DNA of 64,000 nucleotides from Desulfobacteraceae bacterium UBA2245 (GTDB taxonomy: Bacteria; Desulfobacterota; Desulfobacteria; Desulfobacterales; UBA2245), in contig DDYB01000032.1 of assembly GCA_002347265.1 (NCBI GenBank), positions 86,850 through 150,849 of the forward strand. The letters are read 5' to 3'. A program made the position numbers and the translations under genes. Below are positions 40,519-51,724 of this stretch, in pieces. The first letter of the stretch is position 1. The number at the start of each line of letters is the position of its first letter. Below the pieces are notes generated by a model. The model saw nothing but the letters and a program-made list of their open reading frames with translations, had not been told where the DNA came from and ran no database searches.

Positions 40519-41430
40519 ATGGATCTGTGGCAACTATACATATTTACCAAGGTGGTGGAGCTGAAAAGCTTTTCCAAGGCCGGTGAATCGGCTCATCTGA
40601 GTCAGCCTACGGTGAGCAGCCACATGAAGGACCTGGAGGATCATTTCGGGTGCCGGCTTATTGACCGGCTGTCCAAGGAAGCGATTCCCACAAGGGCGGG
40701 AGAATTGCTTTACCAGTATGCCCGTCGGCTGGTGGCGCTTCGCGATGAGGCTGAAACGGCTATGACGGATTTTCTGGGAAAGGTTCAGGGCCGCTTGACG
40801 ATCGGCGGGAGCACCATTCCTGCCGTTTACATGCTGCCCAAACTTATCGGGGCTTTTACCAACGCCAGGCCGGGCGTGACGCTTGCGCTGGTTGTCAAAG
40901 ACACCGGGCAAATTATCGAGGACGTTCTGGCTGGTACTCTGGAGCTCGGAATTGTCGGAGCGTTGAGTTCGGATAAAAAAATTTCACAGAAAAAACTGTT
41001 CGAAGACGAGATGTGCCTTGTAGTTCCCGCAGGGCATTCCTGGGCCTCGGTCGAAAGCGTTACTCTGGACATGCTTTTTCAAGAGCCTTTTATTGTCCGG
41101 GAGAGCGGCTCCGGAACCCTGAGGTCCTTTGAGCGCCATCTTATTGAAAACGGCTTTTGCGTTGATGAACTCAGAATTGCAGCAGAGATGGGCAGTACGG
41201 AGGCCGTTATTCAGGGCATTAAAAATCATGTCGGAATTTCAATACTGTCGCGTATCGCCGTGGAGGAGGAGTTAAAATCCGGCGCCTTACGCGCCTTGCA
41301 CATTGACGGCGTGGACATTCGACAGGAATTTTACCTTACCACCAACACGCAAAGAACCCCTTCCCCGCTCGCTGGCGCATTTATCGAATTTGTTGAACAG
41401 TCCGCTCGGAACAGGGGCATGTTCGGATAG
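40519..41430 (+). CDS. LysR-family transcriptional regulator (resembles the selenium-metabolism-associated subgroup)
   Basis: HTH MDLWQLYIF..VVELKSFSKAG....LSQPTVSSH; IGGSTIPAVY.LP; FIVRESGSGT; EMGSTEAV. Confidence 0.9.
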   Translation: MDLWQLYIFTKVVELKSFSKAGESAHLSQPTVSSHMKDLEDHFGCRLIDRLSKEAIPTRAGELLYQYARRLVALRDEAETAMTDFLGKVQGRLTIGGSTIPAVYMLPKLIGAFTNARPGVTLALVVKDTGQIIEDVLAGTLELGIVGALSSDKKISQKKLFEDEMCLVVPAGHSWASVESVTLDMLFQEPFIVRESGSGTLRSFERHLIENGFCVDELRIAAEMGSTEAVIQGIKNHVGISILSRIAVEEELKSGALRALHIDGVDIRQEFYLTTNTQRTPSPLAGAFIEFVEQSARNRGMFG

Positions 41431-41774
41431 CAGAAATAAGAAATTGCCGCTTAACGATGCGGTATGGCGATGCAGATCGCCTCAAGCGGACATTGCGTCC
41501 TGAGGCGGCGTCGTTATAGGGCTTGGGATGAGGCACAGGCCGTATTGCGTTGTTTGGTATGATTCAGCTCTGATGAAAATTTTTGGCATGCTCGTTGACG
41601 CGGTCTGGCAGACCGAGGAACCGGGGCGCTGCTCATGGACCGGATCAATCAGACCAATCAGAGGATGGGCCTGCCAGCGTATCATCTTTGACAATGAGCG
41701 GTGCTGCACATGCGAAATGCCGCTACAACCACATTATCGGCGGCGACCGGGGAGAACCTTCGGGCTCAAGAAAA

Positions 41775-42434
41775 TCATTCTTCCTTCCATCCGTATTCCC
41801 CCACCAGTTTGACAAACCGGCACCCACCCAGAGAGATCTTTTGAATTCCCTGTTCGGTCCGGCGCAGTTTGACCAGTTCCTGAACATAGGCATTTCCAAC
41901 GGGAATCACCATGCGTCCGCCGATGGACAGCTGCGACACAAGAGTTTCGGGTATATCGGGAGCGCCGGCGGTTACAATGATGGCGTCAAAAGGGCTTTCG
42001 TCCTTCCATCCGGACGTGCCGTCCGAATAGCGGGTGATGATATTGAAGTAATTCAGCTGATCAAAAATTTTCCGGGCCCTGACATACAGAGAGCGAATCC
42101 GTTCGATGGTATAGATCCGAAAGGCGATTTGGGACAAAATGGCGGCCTGATAGCCGGAACCGGTGCCGATCTCGAGCACGCGGTCTTCTTTGGTCAGTTC
42201 CAGAGCCTCAGTCATGGCGGCAACGATATAAGGCTGGGAAATGGTTTGCTGCTCACCGATGGGCAGGGGGAAGTCTCCGTATGCCTGGTCCATCAAGGCT
42301 TCACTGACAAACAAATGCCGTGGCACCTTTCGCATGGCATCAAGGACTTTTGGATCTTTGATGCCACGCGCCTGAATCTGAGATGCCGTCATCTCTTCAC
42401 GCAGGCGTTGATATTTTATGGAATCCGCATCCAT
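41775..42434 (-). CDS. pcm: Protein-L-isoaspartate O-methyltransferase
   Basis: [58 protein letters not shown]. Confidence 0.96.
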   Translation of the reverse strand: MDADSIKYQRLREEMTASQIQARGIKDPKVLDAMRKVPRHLFVSEALMDQAYGDFPLPIGEQQTISQPYIVAAMTEALELTKEDRVLEIGTGSGYQAAILSQIAFRIYTIERIRSLYVRARKIFDQLNYFNIITRYSDGTSGWKDESPFDAIIVTAGAPDIPETLVSQLSIGGRMVIPVGNAYVQELVKLRRTEQGIQKISLGGCRFVKLVGEYGWKEE

Positions 42435-42691
42435 TTACATTGTATTCTTCGGGTTTTCAATATTAAGCCAAAGGCTGTTCGCGCTTCGAAGCTTTCTCTT
42501 AAACGATATGCCGCCGTTTTTCAAGTCTGTTATCGTAATGATCCTGCGGCGGCAATTAAAATCGATCCGGCTGCATGAAATGCCCCTCTGAACAAGCCTT
42601 CGTCAAGGCTCGATCGTGCAGAAAGCCGACGGCTGGTGAAGAACGCTTCGGGCGCATCGGCGGACGCTGATTTGTTCACATGCACACGGTT

Positions 42692-43270
42692 TCAGATTTT
42701 GTAGATGATACGGGTGTCCGTGATAATGATGTCCACGTGTTTGTCGTGCGAATCCATTGGGATGTGGGGCATGATCTGTTCTTCCAGAGCGATAGCAACC
42801 TTTCGGGTTGTGGCCGGAAGCTTTGGAATCAAACGGTCGTAGAATCCGTCGCCTGCTCCAATTCTTCCGCCTTTTTCATCCAGGGCGAGGCTGGGAATGA
42901 TTGCGATATCCACCCGGTCAATGGGAACCTGCTTGCATCTGTTTTCCACTGGCAGAAACATCCCGCAGGCCGTTGGCTTTGTATCCGTACTGAGATTGTC
43001 GATTTTAAACATCTTCAACTCCGGTCCGAACACAGGAAGTACGACGATCTTGTTCAGATCTAGAGTGTTTTGAATGATTTCCCGGGCATCAACAGGATAT
43101 TGAGAACTCAGGTACAGCATAACGATCTTGGCTTCAAGAAAGTTTGCAAAATCAAAAAGGCGTCCTTGCAAGGCTCGGGCCTTTTTTCTGATCTCGCCGG
43201 CTGGAAAACGACTTAGCACCTCATCCACTTTAAGACGGATGTCGATTTTTTTTTCTTGAATTTCGTCCAT
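42692..43270 (-). CDS. 5-formyltetrahydrofolate cyclo-ligase
   Basis: Start MDEIQEKK; VVLPV, DIAIIPSLALDEKGGRIGAGDGFYDR, PMDSHDKHVDIIIT. Confidence 0.88.
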   Translation of the reverse strand: MDEIQEKKIDIRLKVDEVLSRFPAGEIRKKARALQGRLFDFANFLEAKIVMLYLSSQYPVDAREIIQNTLDLNKIVVLPVFGPELKMFKIDNLSTDTKPTACGMFLPVENRCKQVPIDRVDIAIIPSLALDEKGGRIGAGDGFYDRLIPKLPATTRKVAIALEEQIMPHIPMDSHDKHVDIIITDTRIIYKI

Positions 43271-43350
43271 ATATGGTCTCCAATGGAATGGATTAACAAG
43301 ATAATTTTTAGTATACATATTAAGTCAATAAAGTCAACTCGCAATAATCA

Positions 43351-43379
43351 TTGACTATATGGGCTGCCTATGTTAATTT
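43351..43379 (+). promoter_or_regulatory. Putative sigma70 promoter for serS
   Basis: TTGACT-17-TAATTT with an extended -10 TG. Confidence 0.45.
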
Positions 43380-43617
43380 TTCCGACAGATTTCCGGCTCC
43401 GACAGGCATGCCGTCACACATCGGAGCCCCTGATTTTGGACAGAACCAGAACTGCCGTGGAGGCAGCCGGGCTATCTCTCAAAACATGCCCCCCTTTTTA
43501 AGGGCGGAGCCAAGGGCGCAAGGCCTCTGGGTCTTGTTTTGTTTTAATGTATCTTCTGGCTCGCCGCCCTCCCGTCGAGGCATTTGTTTTCATATTCAAA
43601 TGACAGTAAGGATTGTT

Positions 43618-44901
43618 ATGCTAGAAATCAAGTTTGTCAGACAGAATTTGACGGAAGTTCAGAACGCCATGGCTGCTCGGGGCGAAGGACTCAAGCTGGA
43701 TACATTTATTCAGATCGATGAAAAACGCAGGGAAGTTCTTGTTCAGATTGAAAGCTTGAGGCATCGGCGCAATGTGGTTTCCGATCAGATCGCCAAACTG
43801 AAAAAAAGCGGTGAAAATGCCGATGACTTGGTGCTGGAAATGCGGGATGTATCTGTGCAGATCAAGGAAATGGATGGCGCGCTCTCCGAGTTTGAAGCCT
43901 CGCTTCATGAGATATTGATGGGTTTGCCGAATCTGCCCCATTCCTCGGTTCCCAAGGGAACTGACAGTTCGCAGAATCCGGTGGTTAGAAGGGTGGGCGA
44001 ACCCCGCAGCTTTGATTTTGTGCCCGAAGCGCACTGGACGGTGGGCGAGCGCCTTGGAATTCTGGATTTCGAGCGGGCATCCAAAATTGCCGGCGCCCGT
44101 TTTCCCCTTTATCTGGGAGCCGGCGCCCGGCTGGAGCGAGCATTGATTAATTTCATGCTGGATGTCCATACTATCGAACATGGGTATAAAGAAGTGCTTC
44201 CTCCGTTTATCGTGAATCGCGCTGCAATGACGGCAACCGGCCAGCTTCCCAAATTTGCGGCGGATCTTTTCAAACTGGAGGGATGGGATTTTTTTCTGAT
44301 TCCAACGGCCGAGGTGCCGGTGACCAACATTCACCAGGGAGAGGTGCTGGATGAAGACAGCCTTCCCCTGCTGTATGCGGCTTATACGCCGTGTTTCCGG
44401 TCCGAGGCGGGCTCCTACGGCAAGGACACGCGGGGTTTGATCCGGCAGCACCAGTTCAACAAGGTCGAACTGGTGAAATTCACGACGCCTGAAACCTCAT
44501 ATGACGAACTGGAAAAACTGCTGTCCAATGCTGAAAGCATATTGCGGCGGCTGGAACTTCCCTTCCATGTGGTGAACCTGTGCACCGGAGATCTCGGATT
44601 TTCGGCATCCAAGACCTATGACATCGAGGTCTGGCTTCCAGCTCAGGGTGTTTACCGGGAAATTTCTTCGTGCAGCAATTTTGAGAATTTTCAGGCGCGT
44701 CGGGCCGATATCCGGTACCGCCGCAAAGGAAAAAACAAGACGGAACTGGTCCATACCTTGAACGGTTCGGGACTGGCGGTGGGCAGAACCGTTGCCGCCA
44801 TTCTTGAAAACTATCAGCAGGCGGACGGAAGCGTTACAATCCCCAAGGCCCTGCGGCCTTACATGGGCAATATGGAAAGAATCGAAAACCGTGAAGCTTG
44901 A
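43618..44901 (+). CDS. serS: Seryl-tRNA synthetase
   Basis: [70 protein letters not shown]. Confidence 0.98.
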   Translation: MLEIKFVRQNLTEVQNAMAARGEGLKLDTFIQIDEKRREVLVQIESLRHRRNVVSDQIAKLKKSGENADDLVLEMRDVSVQIKEMDGALSEFEASLHEILMGLPNLPHSSVPKGTDSSQNPVVRRVGEPRSFDFVPEAHWTVGERLGILDFERASKIAGARFPLYLGAGARLERALINFMLDVHTIEHGYKEVLPPFIVNRAAMTATGQLPKFAADLFKLEGWDFFLIPTAEVPVTNIHQGEVLDEDSLPLLYAAYTPCFRSEAGSYGKDTRGLIRQHQFNKVELVKFTTPETSYDELEKLLSNAESILRRLELPFHVVNLCTGDLGFSASKTYDIEVWLPAQGVYREISSCSNFENFQARRADIRYRRKGKNKTELVHTLNGSGLAVGRTVAAILENYQQADGSVTIPKALRPYMGNMERIENREA

Positions 44902-46402
44902 AGATTTTCCCCAGGATATACGGCCGCATCTTATTCCGAAACATCCGGGCGCAATGGTATACCGTTGTCTGGGGTGCGACCGTGTTTTCGGAATTGAAAA
45001 GCTGCTTTATACATGCCCGGATTGCAGGGAGGTTCTGCTGCTCGAAGATCAGCGGTTTGACCAGCTCAAGAATATTCCGGGCAAAACGTGGCACAAGATT
45101 TTTGATTATCGAAAAATGCTTACCCTGCCTGCGTTAAAGGGCATTTACCGTTATCACGAGTTCATCGGTCCGGCTATTCCCCTGGATGCGGTGGTTTATC
45201 TCGGAGAGGGGCACACCCCCGCCATTGAAGCCAATGAAAGGCTGCAAAAGAAGGTCGGGCTTCGGTTCTATTTTAAGAACGACGGCCAGAATCCGAGCGC
45301 TTCCTTTAAGGATCGAGGCATGGCCAGCGCCCTGAGCTACATCAACTACCTGCTCCAATGCGGCCATCTTTCGGATGTGCTGGCCGTATGCGCTTCCACG
45401 GGCGACACGTCTGCTTCAGCCGCCCTATATGCGTCTTATCTGTATCCGCATGTGAAATCCGCCGTGCTGCTTCCTCATAAGAAAGTGACTCCCCAGCAGC
45501 TTTCCCAGCCGCTGGGCAGCGGAGCGCGTGTGTTTGAAATCCCCGGTGTGTTTGACGACTGCATGAAGGTGGTTGAAAGACTCTCCGATACCTACAATGT
45601 GGCCTTGTTGAATTCCAAGAATTCCTGGCGGATTCTGGGCCAGGAATCTTATTCCTACGAGATTTCCCAGAATTTTGAGTATGAATTGGGCGATAAGGCC
45701 ATGGTGGTTCCGATCGGAAATGCCGGCAATATTACGGCCGTCATGAGCGGATTTATCAAATTTTTCAAGACCGGAATTATCTCATCATTGCCCAAGATCA
45801 TCGGCGTTCAATCCGAACATGCCAATCCTGTTTATCGCTATTATCTCGAGCCGGATCCGCAGAAGCGTCAATTTGTACCTGTGACCGTCAGGGCGAGCGT
45901 GGCGCAGGCGGCCATGATCGGAAATCCGGTTTCCATGCCCCGGGTGATCCGCCTGGTTGAGCAATACAACCAGCTGGCGGGCTGCCGTCGCGTGTTTACC
46001 GTTGAGGTTTCGGAACAGGCAATCATGGATTGGCAGCTCACGGCAAACCGGAATGGAAATATTGCCTGCACGCACGGGGGAGAAACTCTGGCCGGTCTGG
46101 CCGTGGCGCTTGAGCAGGGCATTCTGAATTCAGCGGATGTGGCGGTGCTGGATTCAACGGCGCATGCCCTTAAGTTCTCCGGATTCCAGGACATGTATTT
46201 TTCCGGGCATTTTCCGGAGGAATTCGAGATCGTCCCGGATCGGCGCCTGATGAATCATCCCGTGCTGGTCCGGCCGGAAGATTTAAAAAAAATGCCGGCG
46301 CCCGGCAAGCCTTTGACCGGTTTGGATTTTGAGTCTTTTGTTCGCCGAGTATCCGAGGAAATCGCCAGGATGCTTGATTTAAAAAGGATGATGTCCGAAT
46401 GA
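44891..46402 (+). CDS. thrC: Threonine synthase
   Basis: GTG start at 44891; LGEGHTP, PLP-lysine motif [39 protein letters not shown]. Confidence 0.93.
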   Translation: MKLEDFPQDIRPHLIPKHPGAMVYRCLGCDRVFGIEKLLYTCPDCREVLLLEDQRFDQLKNIPGKTWHKIFDYRKMLTLPALKGIYRYHEFIGPAIPLDAVVYLGEGHTPAIEANERLQKKVGLRFYFKNDGQNPSASFKDRGMASALSYINYLLQCGHLSDVLAVCASTGDTSASAALYASYLYPHVKSAVLLPHKKVTPQQLSQPLGSGARVFEIPGVFDDCMKVVERLSDTYNVALLNSKNSWRILGQESYSYEISQNFEYELGDKAMVVPIGNAGNITAVMSGFIKFFKTGIISSLPKIIGVQSEHANPVYRYYLEPDPQKRQFVPVTVRASVAQAAMIGNPVSMPRVIRLVEQYNQLAGCRRVFTVEVSEQAIMDWQLTANRNGNIACTHGGETLAGLAVALEQGILNSADVAVLDSTAHALKFSGFQDMYFSGHFPEEFEIVPDRRLMNHPVLVRPEDLKKMPAPGKPLTGLDFESFVRRVSEEIARMLDLKRMMSE

Positions 46403-48195
46403 ACTCAGGTGGCCTTCGGAGTGTCATCGGCCTGCTGATCCTGTTTGTGCTTGCAGGGTTGCTTTGCCCGGTTCCCGCGTACAATGCCCTTTTGTATAAA
46501 AGTTATATTGTTCGAGAAGACTATGGAAAGAACATCCTGTGCGACGCCTATATCGTGGGGAAGAACGACTGGGTATATAAAATTTTCCGCCAGCGCGGAG
46601 AGATCGCCGAGAAAGATTTTCCCCGATTCCTGGGCATATTTAAACGCATCAATCCGCATATCAAGGATATCGATACGATTCATCCCGGCCAGCAGATCCT
46701 CATTCCGCTGAAGGAATTGGAGAACAATCCCCTGCCCGGCCAGGAAAGCGGAGTTGTCACCCTCCCGTTTGTAACCATATCCGGGCTTCCGGACACCCTG
46801 GAACCCTATGTTCAAGAGTATAAGGTCAAAGAAGGAGACAGCCTGTCAAAAATCTTTTACCGGCTTTACGGCTCCAGACCTTTTGAAGAATCTGTCCGCC
46901 TGTTTTCCGCTTTGAATCCGGACGTAAAAGATTTAGACCGGATTTATCCTGAGCAGGTGATTCGGCTGCCGGACCCTTCCATGAAAGACAAACCTTGGTA
47001 CCCGGAGCTTGTCACCCATCCCGAACGGATGAAGACGACCGGTGAGCCGGCCGAGCTGCAGGCCCAGGCGCTCTCCGAGCCTGCATCTGCTGCTCCGGAT
47101 GCGCCGACGGAAACCCGCAGGGATATGGGGCCCTTCGGCAGGGCGGCCGCCATTCTGGAAGCCAGGTCGCAAAGTCGGGGCGTTTATTATTTTCCGCGCA
47201 GTTCCGAGCCGGATTTAAAGCTCGACCTGTCGCGTTTTCCGGTCTACGCGTTTGAAAACGGTACACGGATGATGTTTGTCGATGAATCCATGGCAAAGGC
47301 TGATCTGGAACTGATCCGCGGTTTTTGGAAAGATCTGCGTCCGGTTTCGATGCCTGCCAAAACCACGGTTTCCAGCATCCTGGATGCGGTAGCATCGGAA
47401 GTCCGCCAGGATTCGGAGAATGAAATTCTGTTTAACGATAACGGCTTGGTTTTTAAGGTCTCAGCGCAGTGGGTTATTCCAAGGCCGCGCGCTGCGGGTC
47501 AGCCCGCGATCCGGGATTGCATTACCCATATCGATCAGGTTCAGGAGCGCACTCCGGATTGCATTTGTCTGTATCTGGAGCAGTACGGAATAAAGATCAA
47601 GGATGTGCTCAAATCCGATCCGGATCTTCCGCCAAAGCCCAAACGCCTCTACGATGATGCGGCGGAGCACATCCGGACCTTGAATGGCGCGACGGCGACC
47701 GCTCTTGTCAGAGATCTTGTTCCGGTGCTGGGATATCCGTATTCGGAAAAGGTTCCCATCAGCTTTCCCTATGCCGGCATGCAGATTGAGGCGTTTTTAG
47801 GCCTGATTTCAAAACCCGACGGCAATCCGCTTTTGATCGATTTCGGAGAATTGTATGGTGAAGCCCTTGAAAGCATCGGTCGGACGATGCAAGTTATTCA
47901 GATTACGCCTCAGGACGATTTTCAGACAATTTTGAATAAGCTTTTTGCGGGTCTTGGCCTTGACTGTACGAAGGATCCGATATTTCTCTGCGCCAGGCGT
48001 TCTCCAAGATACAATACGGCCATAATGGTTCCTGGCTTTCTGGTGAAGCAGGGGGAAGGAAAGAAAATTCTGCTGACATCGATTCCCCTGCATCAGCGGC
48101 TGATTGAGTTCATGCGACTGGAAAATGTGCAAATCGTCCTTGTCGGAGACGGCTTAGGCCGGCCGAAACAAGGGATGTGGGAGTCAGAGCGATGA
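46399..48195 (+). CDS. Exported LysM peptidoglycan-binding protein with unknown C-terminal region
   Basis: Signal peptide; two LysM-like units (YIVGKNDWVYKI...INPHIKDIDTIHPGQQILIP; YKVKEGDSLSKI...LNPDVKDLDRIYPEQVIRLP). Confidence 0.75.
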   Translation: MNSGGLRSVIGLLILFVLAGLLCPVPAYNALLYKSYIVREDYGKNILCDAYIVGKNDWVYKIFRQRGEIAEKDFPRFLGIFKRINPHIKDIDTIHPGQQILIPLKELENNPLPGQESGVVTLPFVTISGLPDTLEPYVQEYKVKEGDSLSKIFYRLYGSRPFEESVRLFSALNPDVKDLDRIYPEQVIRLPDPSMKDKPWYPELVTHPERMKTTGEPAELQAQALSEPASAAPDAPTETRRDMGPFGRAAAILEARSQSRGVYYFPRSSEPDLKLDLSRFPVYAFENGTRMMFVDESMAKADLELIRGFWKDLRPVSMPAKTTVSSILDAVASEVRQDSENEILFNDNGLVFKVSAQWVIPRPRAAGQPAIRDCITHIDQVQERTPDCICLYLEQYGIKIKDVLKSDPDLPPKPKRLYDDAAEHIRTLNGATATALVRDLVPVLGYPYSEKVPISFPYAGMQIEAFLGLISKPDGNPLLIDFGELYGEALESIGRTMQVIQITPQDDFQTILNKLFAGLGLDCTKDPIFLCARRSPRYNTAIMVPGFLVKQGEGKKILLTSIPLHQRLIEFMRLENVQIVLVGDGLGRPKQGMWESER

Positions 48196-48211
48196 ATGGA
48201 GGTATGCATTG

Positions 48212-48994
48212 ATGGTAAAGGCTATGGGTGTCGTATCGGCATGTGTTTTGTTGATGCTGATCGCTTCTTGCGCACCGCAACAGACCAAAAGCAACCTGAT
48301 CAGGCAGAGCGAGACAACGCGGGATCTGGGCGAGGCGTACTTAAGACAGGGGGATTACACATCGGCGCTTCGCAAGCTGCTTGAGGCCGAGTCCATGAAT
48401 CCAGAGGATCCGTTTCTGCAAAATGATCTTGGACTGGCTTACATGGCCAAGAACAGCCTGGAGAATGCCGAAAATCACTTTAAAAAGGCAATTGCCATCA
48501 AACCGGATTATGCGCCCGCAAAGAACAATCTCGGCGTTGCCTATCTGGCTCAGGAAAAATGGGACATGGCGATCGCGGTTTTCAAGGAGCTGACCGGAGA
48601 TCTCCTGTATGCAACGCCGCACTATCCGCTAACCAACCTGGGATGGGCGTACTATAACAAGCGGCAATACGAAACTTCCGAAAAATATTATCGTGACGCC
48701 CTTGGGTATGACGCCAATTATCCTCAGGCCCTCAGGGGGCTGGGGCGCACCTGCGCGGCCATGGGCCGGATCGAGGAGGCGATTGCATTCTATGAAAAGG
48801 CGGTCGCCAAATCTCCTCGATTTGTCGAGGCTTATTTTGATCTGGGCAAGGCCTATGGGATGTCCGGTGATTATGAAAAAGCCCACGGCGCTTATGAAAA
48901 GGTTCGAGAGCTGGTGCCCGAACATCCCCTGGCCCAGGAAGCGGAAAAAGAGATATTGCGAATCAAGATGATGCAGTCGGGCAGGGGGTTTTAA
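48212..48994 (+). CDS. TPR lipoprotein, PilF/PilW-like (type IV pilus assembly)
   Basis: Lipobox LIASC; tandem TPRs (LGEAYLRQGDY, NDLGLAY, AKNNLGVAY, NLGWAYY); LYATPH motif. Confidence 0.75.
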   Translation: MVKAMGVVSACVLLMLIASCAPQQTKSNLIRQSETTRDLGEAYLRQGDYTSALRKLLEAESMNPEDPFLQNDLGLAYMAKNSLENAENHFKKAIAIKPDYAPAKNNLGVAYLAQEKWDMAIAVFKELTGDLLYATPHYPLTNLGWAYYNKRQYETSEKYYRDALGYDANYPQALRGLGRTCAAMGRIEEAIAFYEKAVAKSPRFVEAYFDLGKAYGMSGDYEKAHGAYEKVRELVPEHPLAQEAEKEILRIKMMQSGRGF

Positions 48995-49290
48995 AAGTGT
49001 TTGGTTTGAATCGTCCGATGAGGCAAAGGGTTCGCAGGAGTGAAAATATTTTTTCCTTTTTGTTTCGGGTGTTTGAGGGTTGACCTCAACGGAGCGTTTT
49101 TGCATCAATAATGACCCGAGACGTCTTCCGGCAGCAGCTGCTGGTCGGATGGAGCTTTAAGGCTTTAATTCTCCGGTTTAAATTTTTCTTGCATTTCTGA
49201 GTGGGGTTATATATTTCACGTTCACTATGGGAACATGGGCCGACCTGTTGAGACAGGTCAAGATCTGTGATGGATTGAGGAGGTGCAGGT

Positions 49291-49812
49291 ATAGCTATAA
49301 CGAAGAAAGAAAATAAGACGAATATTAACAGGATGATCCGTGCCAGAGAGGTGAGAGTTATCGATCCTGAAGGAAACCAGCTCGGAGTTATATCGATCGC
49401 CAGGGCGTTGGCAGCAGCTGCTGATTTTGGTCTGGATCTGGTGGAGGTGTCTCCAAATGCGGATCCGCCGGTCTGCAAGATCATGGACTATGGCCGTTAT
49501 AAATACGAACTGACCAAACGGCAGCAGGAGGCCAAAAAAAAGCAGAGCACCTTTCAGATCAAGGAGATCAAGGTCCGCCCCAAAACCGGTGAACATGATT
49601 TGCAGGTCAAGATCGGGCATATCAGACGGTTTCTGGAAAAGAAGGACAAGGTCAAGGTGACCGTGATGTTTCGAGGCCGTGAGATAACGCTCTCTCAACT
49701 GGGTCGGGAACTGCTCGACAAGATCGCCGCAGACACCCAGGATGTCGCGCTGGTGGAACAGGGTCCCAAATTTGAGGGCCGGACCGTTGTAATGATTTTG
49801 TCTCCCAAATAA
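49291..49812 (+). CDS. infC: Translation initiation factor IF-3 (non-canonical ATA start)
   Basis: INRMIRAREVRVID, LDLVEVSPNADPPVCKIMDYG, VKVTVMFRGRE; SD GAGGAGGT 6 nt before an in-frame ATA. Confidence 0.95.
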   Translation: MAITKKENKTNINRMIRAREVRVIDPEGNQLGVISIARALAAAADFGLDLVEVSPNADPPVCKIMDYGRYKYELTKRQQEAKKKQSTFQIKEIKVRPKTGEHDLQVKIGHIRRFLEKKDKVKVTVMFRGREITLSQLGRELLDKIAADTQDVALVEQGPKFEGRTVVMILSPK

Positions 49813-50020
49813 TCCGTTGCATGACGATTCGGTAGCAATGCACCGGTGGAATAAGCGGTGCAGGATGACTTGATACGGCTTGTTTGGTGGTGGCGCGAGC
49901 CGATCCAAAGGGTTGGTTGGCGCCATCAATATTTGGCTGATCATGATGAGGCTTATCATTTCAAGCCCTTCAGACAAAAATTTTCAGTAATTTATCGCGA
50001 AAAAAGAGGAAGAATTAAGC

Positions 50021-50218
50021 ATGCCGAAAATTAAAACAAACCGAGCTGCTGCCAAGCGCTTTGGAAAAACAGGTTCGGGAAAATTTACGTATCATAAATC
50101 TCATGCGAGCCATATTTTGACGAAAAAATCGCCCAAAAGGAAACGCTCGTTAAGAAAAACTCAAATCATCAGCAATTCAAATGTGAAAGAACTCAGGCTT
50201 CTGATGCCCAATGGGTAG
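50021..50218 (+). CDS. rpmI: 50S ribosomal protein L35
   Basis: MPKIKTNRAAAKRF..TGSGK, HILTKKSPKRKRSLR. Confidence 0.97.
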   Translation: MPKIKTNRAAAKRFGKTGSGKFTYHKSHASHILTKKSPKRKRSLRKTQIISNSNVKELRLLMPNG

Positions 50219-50264
50219 CAAATCGTTTTGGAAAAAGTTCTGAGGTGGAACAAGGAGAAGTAAA

Positions 50265-50615
50265 ATGCGTATTAAAAGAGGATTTAAGGCGAAAAGACGG
50301 CGCAACAAAATTTTTCAGTTGGCCAAAGGTTTCCGGGGCGGGAGAAGCAAGTTGTTTCGAACGGCCGCTGATTCCGTAGATAAGGCCCTGATGTATGCTT
50401 ACCGGGATCGTAAAGTCCGCAAGCGCGAATACCGGCAGTTATGGATTGCTCGAATCAATGCGGCTGCGCGGATGAACGGTTTGAGTTACAGCAAGTTCAT
50501 TCATGGCTTGAAGGCGGCGTCCGTGGAATTGGATCGCAAGGTGATCGCCGAGTTGGCCGTTTCCGATCCGACCGGCTTTTCCCAGATCGCCAACCTGGCT
50601 TCCCGGCAAGCATAA
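50265..50615 (+). CDS. rplT: 50S ribosomal protein L20
   Basis: [45 protein letters not shown]. Confidence 0.98.
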   Translation: MRIKRGFKAKRRRNKIFQLAKGFRGGRSKLFRTAADSVDKALMYAYRDRKVRKREYRQLWIARINAAARMNGLSYSKFIHGLKAASVELDRKVIAELAVSDPTGFSQIANLASRQA

Positions 50616-50691
50616 AGCGCGCTTCGATCCAGGAGTATTTTGAGGCTGGAGGTATGTTCTCAGAAGCGTGCCGCCGGTCGGCTAAGGGCAA

Positions 50692-51723
50692 TTGAGCGAG
50701 GCAGAGCAGGATAAATTGTATAAGACAATCGAGCAAATTCAAGAAGCGGCGGTCGCCGAGGCGCGAACGATATCGGATAATGAGGCCCTTCAGGCACTGA
50801 GTACGCGATATCTGGGACGAAAGGGCATTCTGACCCAGTATCTGAGAAATATTGCATCGCTTCCGGCCGAGGAGCGGCCTCTGGCCGGCAAGAAGGCCAA
50901 TGAGGTCAAGTTGCGCCTTGAAGCGCTGTTCAAGGAAGCATTGGTTCGGCTGGAGAACCGGGATGCACAATCCGGCCCCTCCATCGATGTTTCCCTTCCC
51001 GGAAGGCGCTTGTCGCACGGTGCGCTGCACCCGATCACACAGATAACCGACAGGATTTGTGAAATATTTTCCAGAATGGGATTTGATATTGCCGAAGGGC
51101 CTGAAGTCGAAATGGATTACTATAATTTCGAGGCCCTGAACATACCCAAGGATCACCCGGCCCGGGACATGCAGGATACGTTTTACGTTTCGGAAAATGT
51201 GGTTCTCAGAACCCATACATCGCCGATTCAGGTGCGGGTTATGGAAAAAACCCGGCCTCCGGTCCGCGTCATCGCTCCGGGGAAGGTATACCGGTGCGAT
51301 TCGGATATTACCCATACGCCGATGTTTCATCAGATCGAAGGGCTTCTGGTGGACGAAAAAGTTTCCTTTGGAGATCTGAAGGGAATTTTGACTGCCTTTG
51401 TTCATCAGATTTTCGATGAACACACCCGGCTGCGGTTTCGTCCCAGCTTTTTTCCATTTACAGAGCCCAGCGCTGAAGTAGATATTCTTTGCGTGATGTG
51501 CCGCGGCAAGGGATGCCGGGTATGCAAGCAGACCGGATGGCTGGAAGTCCTTGGCTCAGGGATGGTGGATCCTGCGGTTTTTCAGAATGTTGGATATGAT
51601 CCGGACCGGTATGCCGGATTTGCCTTTGGCATGGGCATTGAGCGCATTGCGATGCTCAAGTTCGGAATAGACGATATCCGCAAGTTTTTTGAAAATGATC
51701 TGAGATTTTTGAGGCAGTTCTGA
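50692..51723 (+). CDS. pheS: Phenylalanyl-tRNA synthetase alpha subunit
   Basis: [56 protein letters not shown]; TTG start. Confidence 0.98.
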   Translation: MSEAEQDKLYKTIEQIQEAAVAEARTISDNEALQALSTRYLGRKGILTQYLRNIASLPAEERPLAGKKANEVKLRLEALFKEALVRLENRDAQSGPSIDVSLPGRRLSHGALHPITQITDRICEIFSRMGFDIAEGPEVEMDYYNFEALNIPKDHPARDMQDTFYVSENVVLRTHTSPIQVRVMEKTRPPVRVIAPGKVYRCDSDITHTPMFHQIEGLLVDEKVSFGDLKGILTAFVHQIFDEHTRLRFRPSFFPFTEPSAEVDILCVMCRGKGCRVCKQTGWLEVLGSGMVDPAVFQNVGYDPDRYAGFAFGMGIERIAMLKFGIDDIRKFFENDLRFLRQF

Positions 51724-51724
51724 T

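Noticed and set aside
43500-43535. GGGCGCAAGGCCTCTGGGTC resembling the centre of a GEMM riboswitch
   Set aside because: The P2 5' strand/tetraloop and the 3' receptor/P1 are missing in the right order and strand.
43271-43617. 6S RNA expected next to the 5-formyl-THF cyclo-ligase gene
   Set aside because: No ~180-nt rod with a central bubble or recognisable 6S motifs on either strand.
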